From Eledone cirrhosa (taxonomy: Eukaryota): 64,000 nucleotides of DNA. Shown piece after piece: positions 12,081-27,028 of this stretch. The stretch lies in assembly GCA_964016885.1 (NCBI GenBank), contig OZ024740.1:175398001-175462000 (forward strand), in the 5' to 3' direction. The position numbers were made by a program, and so were the translations under genes. How positions within the stretch are numbered: the first letter of the stretch is position 1; each line of letters starts with the position of its first letter. Below the pieces are notes generated by a model. It saw only the letters and a program-made list of their open reading frames with translations. It did not search any database and was not told the DNA's origin.

Positions 12081-12319
12081 ATTGAAAAAAGGTTCCATGC
12101 ATAGAGAAGCTTAATTATCACATTTCATATTTACAAATTATATACGAAATATTGTTTCCTTGTCAGATCGGACCAAGGACACACTATTTTGATTAGTATT
12201 TCCATTACTGATCTTATCTGACAGTGGAAAATCCTGGCAGAAGAAAGTGGGACAGATTCGGATCAGATAACATCAACCATGCCGTCCGACTCATTTACAA
12301 TTCAGCTAACAACCACTCC

Positions 12320-12445
12320 TGGATTTGTACTTGATGTTATCCTCCTAGAAAGGACGAAAGGCAAAGAGGACCTCGATGGGATTTGGATCAAGAACGCTGT
12401 GGCTCGGAACCAATACCGAGGCATTTAATCTGACGTCCTAAATTT
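12320..12445 (-). mobile_element. Degenerate SINE
   Basis: aaggacgaaaggcaaagaggacctcgatgggatttggatcaagaacg resembles the reverse-complemented SINE core and B-box. Confidence 0.55.
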
Positions 12446-12676
12446 TCTGTCAATTTTCTGTCTAAAATATAAAAGACATCATCTAATCGAAATCATAAAA
12501 AGTTACACATCGTTGAAAAATCAAAATATCTTGAATATTAATACGATGCAGATATGACTCAGTGATTGAGAGAAGAAGTTCGCTTCGCAATCATGGTTCC
12601 GTGGTCGTCTCTAAGGTATAGTGTATTGGGCAAATGACCAATTCCTTGTGTGGAATTTGGCAGATAGAAAATATGC

Positions 12677-13084
<408 letters not shown>

Positions 13085-13193
13085 TTTACAATTATCAACC
13101 TCTCCATATTGTATGATTTTCAAACGAGTCCTTCATTTTCGAAGACTAATGTAAATATACGATGAAAATATGTTACAATGCTAACAAGAAACC

Positions 13194-14149
13194 GCTGTAG
13201 ACGCATCTATTGTGTTGCAGTAATGAGAATCTCGTGACGAACGAATCTCAATTTGACTACAGCCTATCACTCTATGGCAATGACAATATATTTCTTGTTC
13301 GGTTTCTTTTATTTGTCTTTTAAATGGATACATGCGCGTGCAATATGTTAATGTTTAGATTTTCTTCTTCATATCAGTCACGTTTGCACAACTGAAATAT
13401 TGAAACGTATTTTTGTATCTAAATTAAAAACACTGAACGAAACTTCATATTGTACATATCAAAATTTTCCATTTTTACCAGAATTTTCAATAGCCGTTTC
13501 AATACTCGCCTTCTGAAAACTCTGTAATATATTACATACATTTAAGGAATGTTAAAAAATTAGTAAAAGAAACGTTTAGGTTTTGAGTTCAAGTTTCACC
13601 TGTATCGACATGGTTCTTTGTTCCTCTGAGTAATATAAAATATATACCAGTCATATTTGTATTACTCCAAACGACTATAACTAAAATTTAGCATCATATC
13701 AATGTAAGAAATCCATATTGGAGAAAAAGCAATAAATATAAGGCAATGGAGTAGAAGAAAGTAGAGTTAAAGACATTTATGTGGCGGCTACCAACGAGTG
13801 CTTTAAAATCTGGTTAGAAAAATGAAAATTTTAATATTTACAACAAACGAATTTTCATTCAGAATTTGTTAATTTAGATCCAAAAAGTGCATATCTTTTT
13901 AAAGTATCATTTAATAATATCATATCTTTTAATAATATCTTTTAATAATTCAGTTCTCGAATAGAAGTAGACGATATGAAGAAAAAAATCTATACAATAA
14001 AATATTCCACACGCATCTAACCATTTAAAAGACAAAATAAAAGAAACCAAAGAAGAAACAAATCATCGCCATACAGGAATAAGCAGTCAACTTGAGATGT
14101 GTCAGTCACGAGATTTCTATCAACACAATACACAATAGATGCGCACAGC
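13194..14149. mobile_element. Old foldback/MITE-like element with long diverged inverted arms (~300 bp)
   Basis: gcatctattgtgt...aatctcgtgac...ggtttcttttatttgtcttttaaatgg (from 13194) is mirrored by ccatttaaaagacaaaataaaagaaacc...gtcacgagatt...acacaatagatgc (to 14149); inner match tctaaattaa/ttaatttaga. Confidence 0.7.
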
Positions 14150-14605
14150 ATAATTTTAAACGTACTTAGAGATTTAATTACTGTTACAAGTAGTTAAGAT
14201 ACGAGATTTGTTATTTCTCGAATAAAAGTAGACGGTAGTCTTTTTCTTTCTTGAAGTTCGAGGTGAGAGAAAACGAAAGAGAGATAGGAAAAGAAAAAAT
14301 TGTGAAATGAAAATAGCTTCTGCTATTAGTCGGATCATAGCCAAATCAATCAACAGATGATGTAATGGGGTCAATGTGGATTTCTCGTCTATACTCAGGA
14401 TTATGGCGGATGGCTTAACGGCTGCTCGGTCAATCATGTAATGAGTGATACAGATTCATTTCAGGCTGTGATTTGTCAATTGAATCAAAACATTTTATTC
14501 CCTGTGTCTAACAACTAACAACTAACTTCACACTAACACAAACATGTTGATTTACACACATACACGCACTGACACATGCCCACACATATTCGTATGCAAA
14601 TACGC

Positions 14606-15020
<415 letters not shown>

Positions 15021-15399
15021 GAGAGTCTGAGGATACGTGGATGTATATGATTTGTTCTATTAGTCAGCTAACATAATATGCATTTTATTTTCATACAAGA
15101 CTTATTGTTCAATTTCTCTAAAGAGTTGTTTTGTTTTGTTTGCTATTGTTGGCATCTGAGCGAAACGAGGCGAATGGAAATGGACACTACAAGAAGAGTA
15201 ACAGCACCACCACACCGACACCATTAACAACAACAACAAAAGAACCAACAACAAATACATCAATATATATATATACAACTACAACAAAAACAACGCCAAC
15301 AGTAACAAGTACGACACTAAGAATGGAACAGCAACAATAATATTCCTAAGATATAAAAATAATGAGATTCTTCTTCTTCTTTTTATTGTCATTATCATT

Positions 15400-15594
15400 T
15401 GGTGAATTGGCAGTATCGGTAGAGGGTCGGACGCCATGATTTGACGCATAGAGTTACGGCCTTTGCCATTCTGAGTTCAAATCCCGCCGAGGTTAACTTT
15501 GCCTTTCATCCTTACGGGGTCGATAAAATAAAGTACCAGTAATACACTGGTTAATTGCTGGCCTTGTGCCAAAAGTAGAAACAATTATTATTAT
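15400..15594 (+). mobile_element. tRNA-derived SINE, full copy with (ATT)n tail
   Basis: A-box-like tggcagtatcggtag, B-box gagttcaaatccc, core gcctttcatccttacggggtcgataaaataaagtaccagt (from recall resembles the MetaSINE central domain); many copies in this window. Confidence 0.85.
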
Positions 15595-18113
15595 AGTTGC
15601 ATTTATCTTGCTTTATGTTCATACGAGTTATTACCAAGTCACAACGCGTAACCTCAAGAGACAACAAGGTCCGCCATGTTCAAATGTTCAAGAAAGAACA
15701 TACATACACACACATGCATCTTTAAGTGTTTAGACTTGTGATGTACCTATATTGACAGAATCTTCCTTAGTATATGGGCAGTTCCCATTAGTACTATCTT
15801 TTGTAGTTCTTCTATACGCGGGTTTCCTGGGATTTGCGATAAATAATCATTAGACCTCTTAGGTATCATTCCTAGAGCGCCTACAACCACTGGTATTGTT
15901 TTAGTTCTCAATTTCCACATTTTTCCAATTTCTATCTCCAGGTCCTTATACTTGCTCAATTTTTCAAATGTTTTTTATAGATACATTCTTGTCTATTGGA
16001 ACGGACATATCAATTAGCAGGCATACCCTCTTTTTAAAGTCCTTCAGTATTATATAAGGTCTATTTGCATCTATTTTTCGGCCTGTTTGGATGCTAAAGT
16101 TCCACAAGATTGAGATGTAATCTTTTTCAAGTATGGGAGGTGGTTGATGCTCCCACCAATTCTTTTGATGGGGCAGGTCAAAATGCTTACACATTATCCA
16201 ATGTATGTATTGTGCAGCTCTGTCATGCCTGTTTAGGTATTCGGACTGCAATTGAAATTATATGATCAATGGTCTCTGGTTGTTTTTTTACATACACGGC
16301 ATAATGGGTTGCATCCATTTTTTATTATGTTGGCTTGGTAATTTTTTGTTGGCAGACACTGATCTTGTGCTGATATAATCAGTCCTTCAGTCTCCGATTT
16401 CAGTCCAGAGGATGCCAACCACTGATGGGTTAAAGTTTTGTCAACATCAGGATTGTTAGATCTTTCTGGGTATTTTCTATACAGAGGCTTTTCTTGCAAT
16501 TTCTTAGCCAGTTTCTGTAGCAGTTCTTTCTTTGCAGTTACTTTTACCTGCTTTGCTTTTTCTGTGTTTTCCATTTCAGCAGTAAATGGGACTTCTGAAA
16601 TTTGTAGTCCATTACTGCATCTTTGTGCATCTTTTGTAATGGAATATGATCTTTTGATGCTTTCGTGTTTCAAAACGAGTTTGATTATCCAATCATGTGA
16701 TTCCCTTAGATATGTAGATAATCCAATTGTTGCAGTTTTCAACGCAATATCTAACTGGATTAACCCACGTCCTCCTTCTTTCCTAGGGAGATATATTCTA
16801 TCTGTATCTGCCTTAGGCTGATGCATTCTGTGCATGGTTAAGAATTTTCTAATTTTTGTATCGAGCCTACGGATCTCTGTGCTTGATCAGTTGATGACAT
16901 TGTAACTGTAGGTTACTACTGGTATGGCAAGCGTGTTTATGGCATCGATCCTATTCCTTGCATTCAATTCCGTTCTTAAGATTGCTCTTACTCTGCGGTA
17001 ACATTCCTTCCTTATCCTTTCCCTCATTGTCGAGTGCTTGATTCCGTCTCCTTCACAAACACCTAGATATTTGTAAGTTTCCTCTTGATCAAGTTCCCTT
17101 ATCACATTCCCTCGATCAATATTAATGTCTGAACTTTTCAGCAGCTTTCCTCTGGTGAACGTTGCTTTGGCGCATTTATCTAGTCCAAACTCCATTTTAA
17201 AGTCATCACTGAACTGCTCCACAGTGGATAATAGCCCTTGCAATTGTTCATCATTTTTTGCAAATAGTTTCAGGTCATCCATGTAGAACAAGTGATTAAT
17301 GGTTTTGTCATAGACTTTATATCCATTCTTTGTTTCATTGAGCATTTTACTTAATGGTATAAGTGCGATGCAGAAAAGCGGTGATAAAGAGTCACCCTGA
17401 AAAGTTCCACAATTAATATTAACTTCTCCAGCTTCCAGTGATTCTTTTTCATTATTCAAAAGAAGTGTCGTTGTCCATGTCTTCATACTGAATGACAAGA
17501 ACCTCCTGACAACGGGAGATATTTTGAAAATCTTTAAACATTTTTCAATCCAACTGTGTGGCAGCAAACTATCGAATGCTTTTTTATAATCTATCCAAGC
17601 AATTGATAGATTTTTGTGTCTATTATGACAATCTTCCAGTATCATTTTGTTAACCAAAAGCTGATCCTTACAGCCATATGAGCCTCGTTTACACCCTTTC
17701 TGCTCATTGGGAAATAGGTCATTTGTTATCAGGTGGTCATATGTATATTCAGTTAGGGCCGATGTTAACATTTTATACATTGTGGTCAAGCAAGTTATCG
17801 GTCTGTAATTTTTGGGATTGTTTGTCTCATTATTCTTCGGAAGCAGGAATGTAATGCCGTTAACTAGCCATGATGGTATCTTTTCTGGCTCCTTAACTAT
17901 TTCATTGTAAAGTTGGGCTAACAGCCCATGAGACTCTTTGAAGGCATTTATCCAAAAATTTGGTATTTTGTCTTTTCCTGGGGATTTCCATTTGCTGGTT
18001 TTTCTAAGAGCCAAACGCAACTGTTCAACTGTTATATTTTTCCCATATTTGTTCCTCAAGGTGAGCTGTATCTTTCATTTGTCTGTCTATCCATGGGGCA
18101 TGTATATTATGAA
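15595..18113 (-). mobile_element. R4/Dong-like non-LTR retrotransposon 1 (RT + CCHC + RLE), 5'-truncated, frameshifted
   Basis: NYRPITCL, WIDYKKAFDS, FQGDSLSP, FYMDDLK, RIYLPRKEGGRGL, CRVC, RHD, NRP(Y)II..IDMSVP, KYKDL; (ATT)n on both sides. Confidence 0.92.
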
Positions 18114-18114
18114 C

Positions 18115-18149
<35 letters not shown>

Positions 18150-18365
18150 GGCGACCTACGTAGGAAATCGTATCATCGTGAGCTCCGAAAAAGGTTTGTT
18201 GTTTTCGTTTGTTTAAAATTGCCATTTATGGAAAATTTTTGTTGTTAACTATTTATAAAAATCACAAAATCTGCTTTCGGAAAAGGACACTCAAAAAGAT
18301 TGGGGCCTTGAGCCCAAAATTTAAACTTTTATAATTATCAAGCAAAAAATTTCTTTGAAAACATC

Positions 18366-20411
18366 ATGGACCACTCACAGCTACACCAATTAGCTGAGAG
18401 CCTTCCTCACAAACTAACACCTCACACCAACACCACTATTGTAAATAGTACTACGTTTGCCAACACTAAAAATATAAGCAGTAGCAATAATTCAAATTTG
18501 TCTCATGCAGACATTCATTGCCCGCCATAACCAATGACTGCAGGTGTTGAAGCCGCCACGCCATCACTACCACAGCGACAACAGAAACAAAAGAAAAAAA
18601 TAAATTATCTCGTGACATCGAAATGGATTCACCCACCCAGAATGGACTCTTCCACACCGAACACCACTGACGCCACCACCACCACAACTGAAACTAAAAA
18701 TAACAATAACAAAATTAACAATAACAACAACAGCAACAACAACAATGAGAATAACAACATCGTGTCTTTTGCCAAAGCAGCTAAAACATGCGAAACAATC
18801 CAGGTAACTCAGGAGGAACTAGATGAAGCCAAGAAAATGGTAAAGAAAGATGGGTACAGGGTCAGCCCCCCCCCACCAAATAAAATGGAGCATCGGCGCT
18901 TATGCACCGTGTCTTATCGGACGATTAAAATCGCGCTGAGTGGAACGGGCATCCGAGTCCCAAATCCAAAAAGCTTTGGGACATGTGTGGGCAAAAAAAA
19001 ACCCACATCAGACGTGGGCAGAAATATGGAACCGTGGACGTGTTCTTTGGAACACCACAGGAGGCCAGAGAAAATTCCATGGCCCCATTAAGAAGTGACG
19101 ACTTCACACTCGTCCTAAGCTATTGTGGCCAGAGACTCGTGAAGATCAGGGTGACCCACGTTCCATCGGCCATCGAAATTCACTGGATAATGGCTGCCGT
19201 CCTCGCCGGCATCGAGGCCGACACCAAGATAATCGAAATAGCTAAAGAAAAGCAGGAGAACTGGTCCGGATCTGGGATGGAGCTCCTGATCCAAGCGGAC
19301 CAAAAAAGCATTGAGGAGATCCCAGAGGTAATAGACCTCACTGACGGCAGCCACCTCACCGTAATCGTCGAGGGCAGAAGGCCTAGGTGTGTCGTTTGTG
19401 GTGAAGGAACCCACCTCAGGCTAAAAGGTTGAGGCCAACTCTCTTACCCACCCCAGTGACTCAACCATCAACACCACCAGCAGTAGAAATGGCAGCAACA
19501 ACAGAAGCAACTGTAACAGCAACAACCCCAGCAACAGTAGCAAGACCAACACCACCACCACCTAACGCGCCAGAACTAGCACCAGCGCCTACACCATCCA
19601 CCACGCCTGTGGAGGATTTTCCACTCCCCGACCTATCGCAACTGGAGACAGATTGTGACGACGAGGAGTGGGAAACGGTATCAGGAAAAGGGAAAAAAAG
19701 AAAAAAAGAAAGAAAAAGAGAAAAAAAGAAAAAAAAGAAGAAAAAAAAAGAAAAAAAAAAGAAAAAAAGAAAAAAAGAAAAAAAGAAAAAAAGAAAAAAA
19801 GAAAAAAAGAAAAAAAGAAAAAAAAGAAAAAAAAAAGAAAAAAAAAAGAAAAAGAAGCCAAAAAAGAAAAAATCCTCTTCCTTCTCCCTCCAAAAACAAA
19901 ATACAGAGGGAAACAAATAAACTATCAAACAAAAAAGTTAGGACAGCTACGCCACCATCCACACCAGCATCACCAACACCATCACCACAAACACCAACAC
20001 CATCACCATCATTAACCCCAACACTACCATCACCAACACCACAAAAAATCACCAACAAGCGAAACAGAAACAAACCCACAACAAACGCAAACAAAACAAA
20101 ACAACCAAAACGATACACACTACACAGCATTAAATTTGAACAACAATCAATCATTACACTACATCCAACACAACACCAGCATCACAGAAAAAGACTACAC
20201 AACACCCCAAAAGTTCACACCACCTCCACACATACAAATCACTCGCATCACACAGAAAACGTACACGACACTAAAACAAAAATTCCCCAAATACATCGGA
20301 GACTTCCGACAAGCACTCTCCAGGAGGATTTATAAGGACATCCTTCCGGAGGAGGCCAGAAGCAGTGAAAAGGATGGAGAAACCATCCTTCCTCTACGAG
20401 AAGTAAGGTAA
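18366..20411 (+). pseudogene. Tx1-like ORF1 (frameshifted) with A-rich poly-Lys expansion
   Basis: SFAKAA, IRRGQKYGTVDV, VEGRRPRCVVCGEGTHLR knuckle; GA(6-9) repeats ~19690-19872. Confidence 0.75.
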
Positions 20412-20445
20412 GTGGTCTTTCCCATCTTTTCCACTCCATTTCAAC

Positions 20446-23400
20446 ATGACATCACTCAGAATAGGCAGCATAAATGCGCGTGGCTTGGGGTCGTCATGGA
20501 AGCAGGGCCACCTGCTCAACGACCTCAGGTCACTAAACATAGATGTAGTGGCCATCAGCGAGACCAGAATCTCCGAAGCACGAGCCTTCGCACCGATCTT
20601 CGGCGGCTACGATGTGTACGCATCTCCCAGCCGTCCTGGATCGGGGGGTGGAGTTGCTGTGCTTTTTCAGAGAGGTTTGGATCTCGCCACACGGGGCATC
20701 TTCCTGGACCCAAAAGGTAAGTTGGTGGTGCTGGACGTGACCAGCGGAGACGGGTAAACTTTCAGGCTAGTGGCCATCTATACGCCGACAAGAACAGGGC
20801 GGCCTGATTTATTCCGGCGTCTGGAGACCTTTCTTGGAACGTCCCGCTCTTTAGTGTTAGTGGGCGACTGGAACGGGATCTTAGATGCACGCTGGGACTG
20901 TGTGGGATTAGTGGATAGGGGAGGAGGGTGCAAGAGCCTCACCAACCTGCTCAGGTGTTTTGAACTGTCTGACAGTTACCGATTGGATTTCCTGAATGTG
21001 CCAATGTGGACTTGGACAAACCGCATAGGGTCATCCAGATCGTATCTAGATAGAGTATATTGTAGGGAAATAGATAGGTCTAGCATAGGCTGTTCACAAT
21101 TCAAGATAGTCAGCTACACGGACCACAAATTCGTGATCTGTGTGCTTGACTTAGATAGGCTTCATAGACGAGGACCCGGCTACTGGAAGCTAAACGCGTC
21201 CTTACCAGCGCGCAAGGCCTACAGAGACCGGATTAGCGAACTAGTTAAGTGGGCGTTGGCGGGGGCCATCGTCAACAACATGTGGTAGTTTGCTCTGAAA
21301 AGAGCGATTAGAATAGAGTCAATTAGGTTTAGTAAGGCTTTAGTAATACAGAAAAATAGAACAGAGGGAGAACTAGTTAGAAAATTAGACGAGGCGCTTA
21401 GCAAAGGCATCGCGACCGAGGTACTTGCGGCGAAATTGGCCCTTGACCAATTCTTCAAAGCAAAGCACGAAGGCTGCGTTGTCAGAGCTAGGGTGCGTGC
21501 TCTCAGACACGAGGGGACGAAAGCCGTTCAACGGGCCCGAGTGGTGGGGGCGCGTCGTGGCAACAAACCCACGATCCGGTCTTTGGTGGACCACGACGGG
21601 CGCATGCTACTCGATCCCGGCAAATGTGTGAAGCTTTTCAGCGACACTTCGCACAGCTGTTCGGGGGCAGCGGTGGGCCGGATCGAGGGATGGACTTTAG
21701 TGTCTACCTCGACGGACTGCCGCGGCTCTCGGCCACTGAGGCGGAGTGTTGCGAAAAGCCGATAACAGCCGCTGAAGTACGGGAGGCAATGACTGGCTGC
21801 ACAAGGGGTAAATCGCCTGGTTTGGATGGTCTGCCCTATGAACTTTACGTACAGATGCCAGACTTGTTCGGAGGCCTCTTGGCGGACGTATACTGCAACT
21901 GGCAACAGAATGGGAGAATTCCCAGCACTGTGAGCCGAGGAGCTGTGGCGCTGCTGAGAAAGGATCCGAACAAGGGGGATAACATAGATAATTTCAGGCC
22001 CATAACTCTGCTAAACACAGAGTTCAAGATTTTGGCCAAGGTGCTAGCAACGAGGTTGGCGCTTGTCGTTGATGGTCTGCGCCATTCCCGACAGATCTAT
22101 ACACGACAATCTTCACCTCATGCGATACATTGTAGAGAGGGTAGCTAGGGAACCTGCGGGGGGGGGGGTCCTTGATCAATTTAGATCAGTCGAAAGCTTT
22201 CGATATGGTCGACCATCGTTACCTAGCGGCAGTCCTGAGAGCGGCTGGCTTTGGGCCCGTCTTCAGAGGCTGGATCGCTGCCATGCACAGCGACATCTGC
22301 TCTGTGGTGAGAGTGAACAGTCACCTTTCGGAACCGTCCAACATCATACGCTCGGTCTGCCAAGGATGTCCCCTCTCGTCCCTCTTGTACGTATTGACTC
22401 TCGAGCCATTACTGCACGAACTGGAGACGTTGAGGGGGGTCCCGCGCGAACTAGGATGCGGAAGATCCGTGTCAGCATATGCGGACGATGTCACCGTAGT
22501 GGTGTCGAACGCCAAACACATCGAGGCGATCGGCACTACACTAAGAAAATACGAAGCCGTGACAGGAGCAATGATCAACCAGGAAAAGTCAGTGGGCCTG
22601 CAGCTCGGCACCTGGAGAGGCAGGTCCATGCCGTCCAACAGCGTCGTCAGGCGCTGGACGGACGGACCGGTTAAATTGCTAGGGGTCTGGTTCGGTCCGG
22701 ACCTCCAGACAGACAAAAACTGGGACGATGTGACGAGCAGGGTGGCTTCTCTCACCCAGAAATGGGCGGAGAGGAAGCTATCCCTGAAAGGTCGAGCGGA
22801 GGTGGCTAACGCGTACATCGCGTCCGGCATCTACTACCGACTGACCGTCGTACCTTGTCCTAAGCTCCGCCTGACTGCGCTGGAGCGTTTGCTCTTTCGC
22901 TTTTTGTGGAAGGGACGCGCTCCGATGGTCAGGCGGTCCATCTGCTGTCAACACCCGCTACGGGGAGGGCTGGGAATGCCGTGGCTGATGATGCGCAGAC
23001 ACGCGCTCAGGCTACATCTCCACCTCTTCCTCGACGGTGATCAGGTGTGGTCGCCGTTTGCTAGACACGTCTTTCCCCAGCTCGTCTCCTTGACGGAGCT
23101 GCAGTCCTGGGTCAAGCGAAGACCGAGAGGGAGCGCTTGGAGACTGGAATGTCTTCAGGCGCTCACAGCTCTCGACCAATCGGGCAATGTGATCGGTGGA
23201 AACTCCACCTTGGCGTTCTATAGAGGATTAGTGGAGGGGAAGAGCGACTACGTACTTGGAGAAACTCTAGGCGTCGACGAAAATCAACTAGCCAATCTCT
23301 TCGGAAGAACTTTCGGGCCGGGGCCTATGGACAACTTCCAGAAATCCCTGGCCTTGCAGTGCTGCCGAGGAGCTTTGCCAGTTCGGGATAAACTCTACAG

Positions 23401-23841
23401 ACATGGAGGTGCCGTCAGCGGGCATGTCTGAGATGCGCACAGGGCGACGAAACCGTCCTGCACGCACTCGTCCAGTGTCCGAGCATTGCTGACTTGTGGG
23501 TTTATGTCGAACACCTGCTGTCACGTGTAGGACGGAACCGGCTATCAGCTGAGTCCATCGTGAGGATTGCCCCGCCCTCTTCCTTTAGCCGGGAAGGGCA
23601 GGCAGTTTTTATCTGTCTGGTGGCCATGGCGAAAGAGATAGTATGGTGGACACGTTTGAAAGGGCTGAAGACGATCACTTGCCTCTTCGGTGATGCCCTG
23701 ATTAACTTTTTCAAATTTCATTTGAAAAGGAAAATCAGGGTAGAGAGGGAATTGCTCTCTTCCCAGCATTTTGTTGAAAGATGGGTGAGAGAAGCAAGTA
23801 TGGCTCGAGTGAATGGGCCTACTCTGAGTATGTGTCTGTAA
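20446..23841 (+). pseudogene. Tx1-like ORF2 (APE + RT + C-terminal CCHC), few disablements
   Basis: INARGL, GDWNG, SYLDR, TDH, KAFDMVDH, QGCPLS, AYADDVT; stops at ~20755 and 21286 plus frameshifts. Confidence 0.93.
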
Positions 23842-24138
23842 ATTAAAGGTGGAAAACTGGGAGAGAGCACTTGGCCTGGTGGTCAGGGTCACTGTGGCCT
23901 TTTAATGGGCTTTCTCCACAAATGTCCCTCGGAAGTCTCCCCCATATTGGGGAATGTTTCATTGTTATTTTTTATTACATCCTCTGTTTTTTTTTTTACA
24001 CGCAGAAATGCCCATTCGTACCCTCCTGTATTGCCCTGTACTGTCCTTAATGTCTACTTTATGTAAACCCTTATGGTTAATAAAGAAAGCATTATTATTA
24101 TTATTATTATTATTATCATTATTATTATTATTATTATT

Positions 24139-26445
24139 GTTCTTTGAGTCTCAGTCATTGATGTTGCTTAATTGGAAAGTTTGTTGAAATGAATATCAAG
24201 CCACTACCTGCAGCCTCAGATATTCAGGACGTATCGGAGGGTTCTTGCTGTTCCCGGCAAGCATGCCTTTTGAAGTGTTCCAAAAAGCGGGGCGGGGCCA
24301 ATTTTCTTTAACCATCCCTGGAAACTCTTTGAGATAGTACCTAGTGCGCCTATGACAATTGGGACCACTTTGACTTCATGGCAGTTCCAAATCCTTTTTA
24401 CCTCCCACTTTAAGTCCTGGTATCGGTTAATTTTTTCCCTCTCCTTCTCTTGCACTCTCGTGTCGAATGGGCAGGCCACATCCACAATCAGGCACGATCT
24501 TTTCTCCTTGTCCAAAACCACCAGGTCAGGTCTATTATGTTTCAGTTTCTTGTCCGTCTGTATCTTAAAATCCCACAGCACCTACATCTGATCGTTTTCT
24601 ATCACCGACTCTGGCTTATGCTCATACCACTTCTCAGAATGTGGTAAATTGTTTACTTTGCATAGGTGTCAGTGGATCACCCTGCCCATCACATCATGTC
24701 TCCAGCCTTTATAGTGAGTCCGGGCTAGGTGTTTACACTCGGATACAATGTGAGCCACAGTCTCCTCTCTCTCCACAGATCCTGCACAGTGGGCTACCCT
24801 CCTCCTTGTAAATATGGTGTTTCAGCCACTTCGTTTTGAGGGCCTGCTCTTGCGCAGCCATTAGCATTCCTTCTGTAGCCTTTTTAAGGTCTCCTCTTTT
24901 CAACCAGTTCCATGTCTGTGGATATCTGAATTCAGTTTTCTCAAAGAAGGTACTATGAAGGGATTTTTCATGAAGGTTGCTCTTTCTCCTTGTTATTTCC
25001 TCCTTGGACATCCCCTGGTCTATTGTCCTCTCCTTCAGTACAATTCTGAGCATTGGCTCCCTACTATCAGTCACGTATTTGTGTACGTTGTTTTTCTCCA
25101 TCTGAACACAGTCCTCTATGCTGATAAGACCTCTTCCACCTTCAGATCTCCTTAAGTAGAGTCTATCGACATCACTCCTCTTGTGGAACATGTTGTAGAT
25201 AGTCAATAGCTTCCTAGTCTTCCTATCCATTTCTTTTTGTTCAGCAACATTCCATCTCAGAATTCCCGCACTGTACTTAATAATAGACACAGCTTGGGAA
25301 TTTACTGCACTTATGGCATTCCTACTGTTCAGATGTGATTTTAATACGCTCCTTATTCTCCGAATGTATTCAGATATTATCAATTCCTTCATTTTTTTGT
25401 TCTTGATGTCATCAGCCTCCAGAACACCCAAATACTTGTATCCTTCTTCAGTGTCAATTTCCTTTATCATCTCACCTGTTGGTACCTGGATTCCGTTGTT
25501 TCTGCTCAATTTACCCCTCTTCATCACAAGGACTCCACACTTACTAATACCAAATTGCATACATATATCACTGCTGAAAATACGGACAGTGTCAACAAGC
25601 ACATCCAACTCATTCTCACTCTTCCCGAAGAGCTTAAGATCGCCATGAAGAGGAGGTGATTGATGGTAAGCCCCCCCTTTCCCAACTTGTATCCTGCTCT
25701 CCCTTTCCCAACTTGTATGCTGCTCTCACTTTTCGCAGTATAATGGTCAGGGGCATCAGGGCAAGGACAAACAACAGAGGGGACAGACTATCTCCCTGGA
25801 AGATACCTCTCTTGATCTTCACGCCTCCCAAGGATTCTCCAGCTGATGTTAACTCTGTTTTCCAGGACGTCATACTTTTGCTCAACAACTGTCTGATGTT
25901 ATCTGCCACCTTGAAGATCTCTAGGCTTTTGGTGATCCAAGAATGAGGCACCATGTCAAATGTACCACGGGACTTCTTTCGGCATCCCTTCTGTTCGTCC
26001 GGTAACAAGTTGTTTGTGTGGAGGTGATGGTAGATGTTCTCAGACATAATGCTTGTCAACATTTTCCACATTACCGACAGACATGTGATAGGGCTATAGT
26101 TGGTAACATCATTACCGTTGATTCGGTATTTCATTACCAGAACTGTGATACCTTTTGTCAACCACTCTGGTACCTCACCTGACATCAAGCAGTCATTGAA
26201 CATGGTTGTCAGTTTCGGGTGGAGGGATGTTATATTTTTAATCCAATACCCCTGCACACCATCTGGGTCTGGTGATTTCCAGTTGGTTAGTTTTTTGGCC
26301 TGCCCCTTAAGAGTTTCAACTGTGATACTCAAATCAGTTTGTTGGTGTGCCTGTTCACTAATCTCCTTTTGTACTGTCTCAATCCACACTGCCTGGTCAT
26401 TATGTTTAACATCCTGCTTCCATATTCCTCTCCAGAATGTCATAC
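24139..26445 (-). mobile_element. R4/Dong-like non-LTR retrotransposon 2, 5'-truncated
   Basis: GIFQGDSLSPLLF, DRLYLRRSEGGRGL, CRICGE, NRPDLVVLD..VDVACP..RYQDL; 3' end abuts (ATT)n at 24091-24138. Confidence 0.92.
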
Positions 26446-27028
26446 TCAGAAAAGAAAAATGGCTACAAAATAACAGCCAAATAACTTCACTGCCAGCACC
26501 ACCGCCGCCGCCACCATCACTATCACCACTACCACAAAAAAATCTAGCCAAATACAGACCGGCACCATCCCTATAGTACTGCTGCCCCATCGCCACTACA
26601 TCGTCGCTACCGCCACTATTCCCTCACTACTTAAGAGAGGGGTGGTGATGCCACTACATATGAAAAGAAGCGAGGAAGGTATCAAAAGATATAAATAGAC
26701 TGGGTTAGTGACTCGGTCAAACAGCTAACAACAACACCAAAATAATTATGTTGTTATATCTCTAAACTCTCTCAAAATGTTTAGTTTAAACAATGTCAAA
26801 TCTAGATTATTATTATTATTATTGGTCTGTTCGGACGTGTTTTGCTAGCTCCCAGTAAGTCGCTTTATTTTCCTGTTAAAATTATTTGTTGTTAAATATT
26901 TCTTGTTGTGTAAGGGAAATAAGCCCTTAGACTTTGCTCTGTGAAGGGGAAAGTATAATATTTGGGCCTTTTGGCCAAAATATTTGAACTTTTTTTTACA
27001 TGTTAAAACATTTACGGAGAAAAAAAAC

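Larger units (their letters stand above)
18150..24090 (+). mobile_element. L1-clade/Tx1-like non-LTR retrotransposon B, near full length
   Basis: ORF1 plus ORF2 motifs; AATAAA near 24079; (ATT)n directly on both sides (18115-18149, 24091-24138). Confidence 0.92.

Noticed and set aside
12220-12335. Protein-looking short frame VENPGRRKWDRFGSDNINHAVRL
   Set aside because: Under 40 codons, runs into a SINE, no homology recognised
14380-14445. Possible micro-exon cag|DYGGWLNGCSVNH|gta
   Set aside because: Expected by chance; needs RNA-seq
19461-20154. Phe-rich membrane-like minus-strand ORFs
   Set aside because: Antisense of the A-rich tract in Tx1 ORF1
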